64,000 nt of DNA. Origin: Gammaproteobacteria bacterium (GTDB lineage: Bacteria > Pseudomonadota > Gammaproteobacteria > UBA4575). Positions 46,288-55,200 of the stretch are shown here, one piece after another. The notes under the pieces were generated by a model that made no database searches, had not been told where the DNA came from, and saw only the letters and a program-made list of their open reading frames with translations. How positions within the stretch are numbered: the stretch's first letter is position 1; the number at the start of each line of letters is the position of its first letter. The translations under genes and the position numbers were made by a program. The stretch is taken from the NCBI GenBank assembly GCA_965222615.1, contig CBDCUI010000007.1, positions 640,001 to 704,000 on the forward strand, in the 5' to 3' direction.

Positions 46288-48651
46288 TTATGGATTCGAA
46301 CTCTGGGTAGTACGCAATGATTTTATCTCTTCTAACCTCTGCACAAGTTGCTTATCAGCAGGATCTATAGCGAGGGCCTTTTTATAAAATAGAGCAGCAC
46401 GATGGGGATTATTTTTCTTTAAGTCCTGTTCGGCCCAGCTTACATAACTTTTCTTAATGATAGAAATACCTTGTAGTGCTATATCATTATTAGGATCGGT
46501 TTGAAGTACCTGCTTATAAGTTTCAAATGCATTGTCATTTGGTGGGGAGGTTAAGTTTTTATTTTGTAACTGCTGTTTTGCTTTTATCAATAACGTACCA
46601 ACCAATAAATTATTGGCATCATTATCATCCATGCTCACGTCTGATTTGTTTGCATTAATGGTACTGGTCTCGGTTTCAGACAAAGTATTAGCTTGCACCA
46701 GTTGCGTATCTAGATTTCTAAGTACTTGTTGACTTACTTGGTCATCGGGGTCAACTTCAAGGGCCTTTTTAAAGAAATATATGGAACGATCAAGATCATC
46801 GTTGCGCATATAGTAATTTGCCCAGCTTACATATCTTTCGTGTATGTTTTTAATTCCCTGTTTTGCAGCCAAATAGTTAGGATACTTTGACAGTATAGAT
46901 TGATAAGTCTCTAAGGCATTTTCACCTGGTGGAGTAGTTAAGTTCTTGGCTTCAAATTGTTGTGACGCAAGCGCTAACAATTCAACAACTTCTGGATCAT
47001 CGTAGGGGCTGGTTATTTGTTGGCGGTCTTGTTGAACGGATGCATCAGTAGAATTTTGCGTGTTGTCAATTTTAGTAAGAGCTTTATCCTCATTTGAGGG
47101 CTCCATTACAGATTCTTCCGAAGCAGATTTTTCAGGAACAGTGATAACCGCAACTTCTTGATCGGTGACTGTTTCAATTTCCTTGCCAGGCAGCGGATCG
47201 ATCGTGGTTGGTAGCTCCTCGACAATAGCAGGTGGTTCGACTTGATCGGCGACTGTTTCAATTTCCTTGCCAGGCAGCGGATCGATCGTGGTTGGTAGCT
47301 CCTCGGCAATAGCAGGTGGTTCGACTTGATCGGCGACTGTTTCAATTTCCTTGTCAGGCAGCGGGTCGATCGTAGTTGGTAGCTCCTCGGCAATAATACG
47401 TGGTTCAGCCGTTTCCTCTATAGTTTCGTTCTCGATAATCGTACTGCGAGGGCTCTCGACATTACCGTAATCTTGTTCAATGTTTTCGTCGTCAATACCT
47501 AAGTCCTTATCTAAAATAAAAGGGCGAAGTTGAAAATAGATTAATGTAATTAATCCAATAACTAGCAAAGGAGCTATAGATTGCATTATAAAAGATGACT
47601 TTTTATCGATAGCCATCGAATTGGATGTGGAGACCCACTGTGTTGGCATGACTTCTTTTTCTAACTCAGCAATCTCGCTGTGAGAGTAGTCTAATGTTTC
47701 GTTGTCTTTACTAGCAGCAATTTTTGGGATAACCGCTGCAATAGATTCTAGATTATCGCTTTTTTTAGTTTGGGTAATAGGTGTACTGCTTTTTTGTTTT
47801 TCTTTTCTAAAGGAAATATTAGCAATAAGTCGGTTGATTTCTTTTTGTGTGGGATATGAATTTTCTAGCTGAGCGCCACTGTCTTTGGCAGATTGTTTTG
47901 CAAAAGCTACCGCTTGGTTTACGATGTCCGTTGTAATTGAACTAGTCTTAGTTTTATATGCAAGTGCTGAGCACCATTCCAGTAGTACATCCAGATGTTG
48001 CAAATTGCCAGAGACATGCTTAGCAAGTAAACTTAAAGCACTTCGATCGAATTGCAGTTCGTCATTTCTAGGTTTAATTCGATAATCTTTTTTTGTTGAA
48101 TAGATGCGTATATCAGTTTCGTTCAACTCATCCAATGAACAATGAATAAAGTCCTGTAAAGAGATATCTTCGATATTCTCAAGTTGGTTTTTTAATTTAG
48201 GCGAACCTCCCAATATTAAGCTTATCCCTGAATCGCTGTAGGCAAGTTGCTCATTAATAGTAAACAGATCTTGTAATATATTGGTGGGCAGACAATCTGC
48301 AGAATCTACAATTACTGTTAATTCTTCTCCCAATAAGGCTGACTCGTGAATGAAATCCTTAATCGAGTTGAAGTCATTTTCCTCTTCGCTGTTATCCTTT
48401 GAATAAGAACTAAGTAAATCTGGACCATTTAGAAAGATCATGCGCTCATTCACAGCTACCTTAGTACTAATCGTCCGTAACAAGGTTGTTTTGCCTTTTT
48501 TGGATTCGCCGGTTAGTAAGATAGTAATAGGACGATTTTGAATAGAAATAAGAATTTCGTTTTGAACACGCTTTACAACACTTGGTGGTGCAGATGTAAG
48601 ATCCACTTCATTTCTTAAAGTCGGTATTTTAGTGTGTGTAGCTGTGTTCAT
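46288..48651 (-). CDS. ExeA-like P-loop ATPase fused to a TM helix, acidic repeat linker and TPR-like modules
   Basis: Walker A LTGESKKGKTT, Walker-B-like VIVDSAD, one TM (IAPLLVIGLITLIYF), two C-terminal NLT.PP..NA.E.Y..(I/V)L...P.. TPR-like units. Confidence 0.7.
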   Translation of the reverse strand: MNTATHTKIPTLRNEVDLTSAPPSVVKRVQNEILISIQNRPITILLTGESKKGKTTLLRTISTKVAVNERMIFLNGPDLLSSYSKDNSEEENDFNSIKDFIHESALLGEELTVIVDSADCLPTNILQDLFTINEQLAYSDSGISLILGGSPKLKNQLENIEDISLQDFIHCSLDELNETDIRIYSTKKDYRIKPRNDELQFDRSALSLLAKHVSGNLQHLDVLLEWCSALAYKTKTSSITTDIVNQAVAFAKQSAKDSGAQLENSYPTQKEINRLIANISFRKEKQKSSTPITQTKKSDNLESIAAVIPKIAASKDNETLDYSHSEIAELEKEVMPTQWVSTSNSMAIDKKSSFIMQSIAPLLVIGLITLIYFQLRPFILDKDLGIDDENIEQDYGNVESPRSTIIENETIEETAEPRIIAEELPTTIDPLPDKEIETVADQVEPPAIAEELPTTIDPLPGKEIETVADQVEPPAIVEELPTTIDPLPGKEIETVTDQEVAVITVPEKSASEESVMEPSNEDKALTKIDNTQNSTDASVQQDRQQITSPYDDPEVVELLALASQQFEAKNLTTPPGENALETYQSILSKYPNYLAAKQGIKNIHERYVSWANYYMRNDDLDRSIYFFKKALEVDPDDQVSQQVLRNLDTQLVQANTLSETETSTINANKSDVSMDDNDANNLLVGTLLIKAKQQLQNKNLTSPPNDNAFETYKQVLQTDPNNDIALQGISIIKKSYVSWAEQDLKKNNPHRAALFYKKALAIDPADKQLVQRLEEIKSLRTTQSSNP
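47157..47394 (-). repeat. In-frame 84-bp tandem repeat (about 2.8 copies)
   Basis: CTTGATCGG unit starts at 47157, 47241 and 47325; encodes IAEELPTTIDPLP(D/G)KEIETVADQVEPPA. Confidence 0.95.
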
Positions 48652-48860
48652 TGTTTTTAAAGTAGTATAAAACAGTTACAAATTAATAAGTGTCTATAAT
48701 ATAAGAACAAGCGTGTTAACAAAGTGATATTTCGCCTTTTTTGATTGTTTTTTTACAAGTAAGTGCAAAAAAAGCTATTTCCCATAATTATTCTATGGGA
48801 AAATTTTTGAACTTAAGATTAAAAATTAATCTAGGTTATGAAGTAAAAGTTTTATACAAG

Positions 48861-49202
48861 CTAAAGCTTGGAGACGGTTATTTCTTTGGATGGATTTATA
48901 TAAAAATCTCTAATACAAGTTTTTCGTGTTTGTAAGAAAATTGTATCGTTAGTCACAAATTGATATGGGCCGTAAATTTTATCAATTAAACTCAGCACAA
49001 TTTTCTGTTCTTCATAATCGTTACCTTGATCAAGGTAGTGGCCAATTAATTCCACTTCTTTTAATCCAATGTCACGATTCATTGCAATTACGCGTGCGGC
49101 ATTGGCTTTCCAAGAACAAAAGCGAGTGATTTCAGGATGTCCTTCAGCGAAAGCTTGTGAACTAGCTAGAAGTGCTGCAGATATAACGAGGGTCCTTAAC
49201 AT
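48861..49202 (-). CDS. Small hypothetical secreted protein
   Basis: ATG 49202 with AGGGAG RBS; signal peptide MLRTLVISAALLASSQAFA; two Cys in the mature part. Confidence 0.7.
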   Translation of the reverse strand: MLRTLVISAALLASSQAFAEGHPEITRFCSWKANAARVIAMNRDIGLKEVELIGHYLDQGNDYEEQKIVLSLIDKIYGPYQFVTNDTIFLQTRKTCIRDFYINPSKEITVSKL

Positions 49203-49604
49203 CGTGTACTCCCTGTATTGGCTCGGTATATACTGATTTACTGCATAAATTAGACCAATCCTTGAATAAACCAACGCCTGTATAGACACAAATATTATTT
49301 GGTATGAAACTAAGTACAAACGGTGGGTGTTGCACATTTCTAAGCAGCATTATTTGCTTAATTTTGGACAAATAAGAGTACTTATGGTCAATTTTTGCAT
49401 GAAATATTACGTCTTCTACCATTAACAGATTCATCAATGGGATGGAGTTACCAGTAAATATTACGGTCACTTAGGTATTTGTTTTGGTTCTGCATCGGGC
49501 CATATGTGAATATAGTCATGCTAATCATGGCGATAAACGATACATCTGTTACTATCTGTGTATAGCAAACCAAAAGTTTTTTGTGTAACCATTAAGGAGA
49601 AAAC

Positions 49605-50894
49605 GTGAGTAATAATTCTGATTATGGGTTTGCAACACGTGCCATTCATGCAGGTGCTGCACCAGATCCAAGTACGGGAGCCCGTGCTACACCTATCCAC
49701 CAGTCTACTGCCTTTGTTTTTAACGATGCGGATCATGCTGCAGCGTTATTTGGTTTAGAGGAATTCGGATTTATTTATTCACGTCTTACCAACCCAACGG
49801 TGAGTGTTTTCCAGGATAGAATGGCAAATTTAGAAGGTGGTGTTGCAGCGGTTTGCACCGCCTCTGGTCATTCTGCGCAATTGCTTGCGCTATTTGCATT
49901 AATGAATAGTGGAGATGAGTTTGTCGCTTCTAATAAACTTTATGGTGGTTCAATTACTCAATTTGGGCATAGTTTCAAAAAGTTTGGCTGGAAAGTAAAT
50001 TTTGTTGATCCAGTTGATCCCGAAAATTTTCGCAAAGCGATTAATGAAAAAACTAAAGCAGTATTTATTGAAAGCTTAGCAAACCCGGGTGGCATCGTCT
50101 GTGATGTTGAAGCAATTGCTGCGATAGCACATGAAGCAGGTATTCCGTGCATAGTAGATAACACCTTACCTTCACCTGCACTGTGTCGGCCAATAGAATA
50201 TGGTGCTGATATTGTGGTGCATTCTACGACCAAGTTTATCTCTGGTCACGGTAATGCAATGGGGGGTGCGATCATAGATAGTGGTAACTTTGACTGGTCG
50301 CAAAATGATAAATTTCCAGGGTTGGTAGAAGAATGTGAGGCATATCATGGTCTAAGATTTCAACAGACCTTTGGTAATCTCGCTTATGCAGTTTTTTGCA
50401 TTGCCGTGGGGTTAAGAGACTTGGGTCCAAGCATGTCGCCGATGAATGCTTATCTTTCACTTACCGGTGCAGAGACTTTACCTCTGCGCATGCAAAGGCA
50501 CGCAGACAATGCCTTGGAAGTAGCAAAGTGGTTACAGAGTCATGAGAAAGTTTCATGGGTGTCCTATGCAGGTTTACCAGATAATGAATTTCATAGCTTG
50601 GCACAAAAGTATTGCCCAAGTGGGGCGGGTTCAGTGTTTACCTTTGGCGTAAAAGGTGGTTATGAAACTGGTTCAGGGGTAGTAAGTAACTGCAAACTGT
50701 TTTCACATCTAGCTAATATTGGTGATACGCGCTCACTTGTTATTCATCCGGCTTCCACCACACACAGACAACTCACTGAAGAACAACAAATTACCGCGGG
50801 TGCTGGGCCAGATGTAGTAAGATTATCAATAGGCTTAGAAGATGCCAAAGATATTATTGCCGATTTAGATCAAGCCTTAGCGGCAAGCAAATAA
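49605..50894 (+). CDS. metY: O-acetylhomoserine sulfhydrylase (MetY/Cys-Met metabolism PLP enzyme)
   Basis: YSRLTNPT, LYGG, VDNT, HSTTKFISGHG PLP lysine, HLANIGD, HPASTTH, RLSIGLE; AAGGAG RBS before the GTG. Confidence 0.92.
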   Translation: MSNNSDYGFATRAIHAGAAPDPSTGARATPIHQSTAFVFNDADHAAALFGLEEFGFIYSRLTNPTVSVFQDRMANLEGGVAAVCTASGHSAQLLALFALMNSGDEFVASNKLYGGSITQFGHSFKKFGWKVNFVDPVDPENFRKAINEKTKAVFIESLANPGGIVCDVEAIAAIAHEAGIPCIVDNTLPSPALCRPIEYGADIVVHSTTKFISGHGNAMGGAIIDSGNFDWSQNDKFPGLVEECEAYHGLRFQQTFGNLAYAVFCIAVGLRDLGPSMSPMNAYLSLTGAETLPLRMQRHADNALEVAKWLQSHEKVSWVSYAGLPDNEFHSLAQKYCPSGAGSVFTFGVKGGYETGSGVVSNCKLFSHLANIGDTRSLVIHPASTTHRQLTEEQQITAGAGPDVVRLSIGLEDAKDIIADLDQALAASK

Positions 50895-50911
50895 ATCCTG
50901 TAGGCATAACC

Positions 50912-50943
50912 GCACAAGCTCGCACTTTTAGTGTGAACTTGTA
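50912..50943. terminator. Hairpin between convergent metY and DUF1501 genes
   Basis: ACAAGCTCGCACT-TTT-AGTGTGAACTTGT imperfect inverted repeat; no clear U tract. Confidence 0.45.
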
Positions 50944-50970
50944 CTGGTAAGTATTTGCGTCTAATCGCTA

Positions 50971-52260
50971 TTAGCTAAGATGCGGGAAACCTGTAGATCG
51001 GTTTTGATTGAGGAAACTAACGTTTTCTGCACCCAGTGCAAATTGATTCATTGCCAACTCGGTATTGGTAATCCCGGCCAGCTGACGGACCAAGCTATGT
51101 ACGTGTTTAGGTTCAAGTTCGACCCCATTAGCATCTTCTTGCAACGTACTTGGGTTGATCTTTAATGCATCTTGGGTGCCAGTCGTGCAACCCACTACAC
51201 GATTAGTCCAGCCAACATTCTTCTTCATTAAGACCGCACTGCCTACCGCCCAATGGTCTTTGCCATTGCCACCGTTATATTTAGGTGTGCGTGCAAAGTC
51301 GCTGGTTAATACCACTAATAGACGATTTGCGATACCGAGTTGTCCGGCACGTGTCCAAATGTAGTCGACGAGGTTAGTGAAATCCGTTAAGGCTACTGCC
51401 TGTCGGGCATCGTGATCTGAGTGCGTGTCAAAACCAAAAGATTGAACCGCAGCGGAACAACACACGCCTTCGCGCATCGCATGTAAAGCCACATCGGCAT
51501 GGGTAATCATGTAATTGGTTTTACCAGTTAGATCCTTGTTATCAAAAGAGGCGGGGAGATTGTTCCCAAAATTTTCTAATACACTAGTGTTCGCTTGACT
51601 GTTTCTGAGTTCGGCAATTTTTTCCTTGGTTTTAGGTAGGTGGTTTTGCTGTAGCAGGTCTTGTGCACGTTGTAATTGTGCCTGTCTGACTAAATCAAGT
51701 GCAGTTTGTGAAAAGTAATTACCATTTCCTCTTTTGTTCGGCAAAGATACGTCTTTAATTCTGTTGGCACTGGCACGGGTATATTTAACAATGCCGCCTG
51801 CTGTTTCGGTGACAGGTCCTTGACCAAGGTACGCCAAAGGTAAGTCTTGTCCAACTACGGCACTATAAAGTCCTTCGCTAGTGGGGAAACCGGTTGCCAA
51901 TTTACCCGTAACTTGATGTCTCCTGCCCGCAGGATGTGCATTGGTGTGGCCATGGACGCCATTAATGACCAGCATGTCTTGGTAATATTTATTAAAGAAT
52001 GCGGCGTTATTAGCAAAAGGCGCATATCGTAGATTTCCAGCAACACGCGAATTATCGTTATTAGCCCAATTATTTACATCGGTGCGTTGTTTTGGATCAC
52101 AAAAACTACTGGTATCCCAGGCCCCATTTGCATGTACATTCATCACCAATAGACCGCTATGCGGATAGGCCGCTCTGACGGTATTGATATTCAAACCAAA
52201 AGGCAATAGCGAACTTGCCCCGGCATAAGACATGAGTTTTAAGAAGTCACGACGTTCCAT
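50971..52260 (-). CDS. DUF1501 family Tat-exported protein
   Basis: Twin-arginine signal ERRDFLK; GAWD, FDTH, SDFARTP..N...GKDHW motifs characteristic of DUF1501. Confidence 0.85.
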   Translation of the reverse strand: MERRDFLKLMSYAGASSLLPFGLNINTVRAAYPHSGLLVMNVHANGAWDTSSFCDPKQRTDVNNWANNDNSRVAGNLRYAPFANNAAFFNKYYQDMLVINGVHGHTNAHPAGRRHQVTGKLATGFPTSEGLYSAVVGQDLPLAYLGQGPVTETAGGIVKYTRASANRIKDVSLPNKRGNGNYFSQTALDLVRQAQLQRAQDLLQQNHLPKTKEKIAELRNSQANTSVLENFGNNLPASFDNKDLTGKTNYMITHADVALHAMREGVCCSAAVQSFGFDTHSDHDARQAVALTDFTNLVDYIWTRAGQLGIANRLLVVLTSDFARTPKYNGGNGKDHWAVGSAVLMKKNVGWTNRVVGCTTGTQDALKINPSTLQEDANGVELEPKHVHSLVRQLAGITNTELAMNQFALGAENVSFLNQNRSTGFPHLS

Positions 52261-52279
52261 GATGTAAACTCCAGTTCAT

Positions 52280-55200
52280 TTATTCGTAAAGGAATTCATA
52301 CGTACCTATGAAATAGGTAAGCATGATCATCCAAGAGCGTTTCATAAAGTTGTTATCGGTAACAGAACTACAAGGTGCAGAAGTATTATCCGACTGTGCC
52401 GCATTGCGTACTTGTTGCAACAAGTTAAAAGTACGGTCTATCTCAGTATCATTAACTGATAGATTTTTACCTAGAAATCGCGCATGTAGATGCACCAAGT
52501 TTTGACGTATCGCAGCTTCTGCATTCGCAGGTGTGTCATTAGGTGAAACACTTGGGAAGAGTAAACGTTGACCTGCATTGCGATTAAAATCATCTCTTAC
52601 CACTTCACAGGAAAGTTCCGCTCCCATGCGGTCAATCATTGCAGCCATCAAGCTACTGATTTGTGTGTTACGAGTATTTTCCCTAGTTTCAATTCTGGCA
52701 TCAAAATTGCCATACATGAGGTAGTAATTGTTATCACCTATCAACCTGGTCCAGGTTTTGCCAAGCAGCGCCGTTAATTTACGGTCCAATTGCTCAGGAG
52801 TAAGTACGCGACTCGTACCTAAGTCAGCAAGCTCGGCACGGCCTGCATTGGCTAGATCCACTGAGCCCGAACGGAACCATGGGCTGAGAACTAGCTCAGC
52901 AAGTAAATGCTTAAGGTTGTGATTATTATTTCTAAATATTTGCCCGGCCTGATTAAATACCACGGTCTGCGCGTCGTATGCAGCCTGTTGTACGGGATCT
53001 GGCTCAACCGGTGCGGCAAGTGGTTTACGACCAAACAAACCTTGGTACCAGAATTTAGCCGTACCGGAATCAAAGCGGGTATCGGCGGTCATGCGTTCGC
53101 CTAACCAGCGCAAAGAGGTGTTATTTCTAGAAGTCGGTAAACCAGTGCCGGAAAATGGATAACCTGGAGCAACCATATCTCGATACCAGATGTCTCCACT
53201 TTGATAATACTTAACTCCATTTTCATCGCGAGCATTGCTGGCGTAGTAGTAACTAATGTTGGTAAAGGTCCCGCCAATGTTTCTTCGACGATAACTACCG
53301 CCACTGTTATACCAATTTTGAAATGCTCCGGCGATGGGGTCTACGGTGTTGTGGCACACTGTACAATTAGGGTTATTTAATGTCGGATTGAGCTCATTTT
53401 TTACTGAATCCACATCGATTGCACGTGTTGCCAAGGCCTCTAGATCTACCCCTAAGAAAAGGTCAGAAGTTACGCGCGCGCGCATGCGATTGCGGTTGGT
53501 ATCTGTAGATGGCCATTTGATTAAGAAACTGGGCTGGGTCAACAATCCTGCATGCGGATAGGCACCACTCATACGACCATTCATGTTTATACCTGTGCGT
53601 GCTCGAACAAATGTCTTTGCATCTGCACCATTTGGCATAGGATCTAAAAGAGTTGCTTGATACAAGTACGCACTTTCTGGATTGACCATAGTGTAATCTG
53701 CAGTAATGACTTCAGAATAAGGCCTGTCGTTACGTACGATATGCTTTACCAACTCCAGTGGTTCATATCTAAGGGCGTCTCTTAGAACATTGCGTCGTTG
53801 AGTATCCGCTTCAATTTCTGCCAAGCGTGGGTAGTCGTCGTCCCGCAAGTTACCGATAAAGTATGCCCCAGTGACTAACAACTTATCATTCACGGTCTCA
53901 CTTACGAACTTTTCAAATTCAGGCCCATTCATCATATTGATTAAAGCCTGTCTCATTTGCGCGCGATCACCTGCAGTATTTAATTCTGCTGAGGTAGGTA
54001 GACGTCCTGCAAGCATTATGGCGGCTTTACGCATCACGTCTTGGTCAGACATCGCATTTACGCCAGTGTAAAATGCCGAGTTATCTACTGGCTCAGTTTG
54101 ATCACCGTTTTCTTTAATAATGTCGCGGAACATATAAGCTGCAATATCCTTGCCGCATTGAACATCACATACACCTGGCACAGGCATTTGCGCAGTAAGA
54201 TAAGTAGCTAACGTAGCCTCATCTGCACAACGGTTTGCTTCACAGGGTTTAACGTTAATATCGCGTGGCGCAATTACTGCAACACCGTCTGCTCCATGAC
54301 AACCCGCACATGAAATTGCGTAATTCGAACCAGGAATGGCATTGTTATATAAGAACATGCCACGGTCTGGGTTCGGTGTGGTATCGATATTTACATTTAC
54401 GGAAACCGATTTACTTATATCGATGCCGTTAATGGCCTGACAATTTAACGTAAAGCTAGTAGATGCCTGTAGGTTATTAATGCTTACGCCATTAGCGTTA
54501 GATACCGCCTTGGTACCCGTCCATGCTGGGTTCGCGGGGTTCGCACTGGCAGTACAAGTACTTATATCTTTAGATTGCCAAGATAAGGTCGTCGCCATGC
54601 CCTGATCAATCGAAGTCGGTGATGCTGTAAAAGTTAAATCCGGCATAGCAGGGACAACTGTGACGGCAACGGTTGAGCTGGAAGAACCGCCTTTACCGGT
54701 ACAAGCCAGCGTGAAGCTCGTGTCTTGAATCAAGTTGGTAATGCTGACACCGTTTTGGTTATTCACTGCACGGTTACCAGACCATCCACCACTAGCTTGA
54801 CAACTATCTGCATCCGTAGAAGTCCAGGTTAAAACTGTATTACCGTTATATGGAATATTGGCCATTGGGTTTGCACTTAGGCTTACAGTAGGTGCATTAG
54901 GTTTTGCCGCTACAGTGACGGCAACAGACTTTACTTGTGAATTAATATTGCCGATAAAGCAGGTCAACATAAATGTGTTGGTGCCTGAATCAACCAGGTT
55001 GCTTAATGTTTTCGAACCCGAAGCCGTAACATCACCTTGCCACTGTCCTGCAGCCATTGCACCTGAGGCCACACATTTTTCAGCATTAGAAGTCCAAGAA
55101 AGTGCAGTCGAACCACCGTATTCCACTGAAGTTGGAGTAGCCGTGAATTGACTAATAACAGGCTGCACGTCGTCATCCATGTTAATTACTGTAACATCCG

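Noticed and set aside
47157-47394. Regular repeats as a possible CRISPR array
   Set aside because: Contiguous 84-bp units with no unique spacers, in frame within a CDS, and no cas genes nearby.
49340-49604. SAM riboswitch upstream of metY
   Set aside because: I could not find SAM-I, SAM-II or SAM-V consensus elements by eye. An Rfam scan would settle it.
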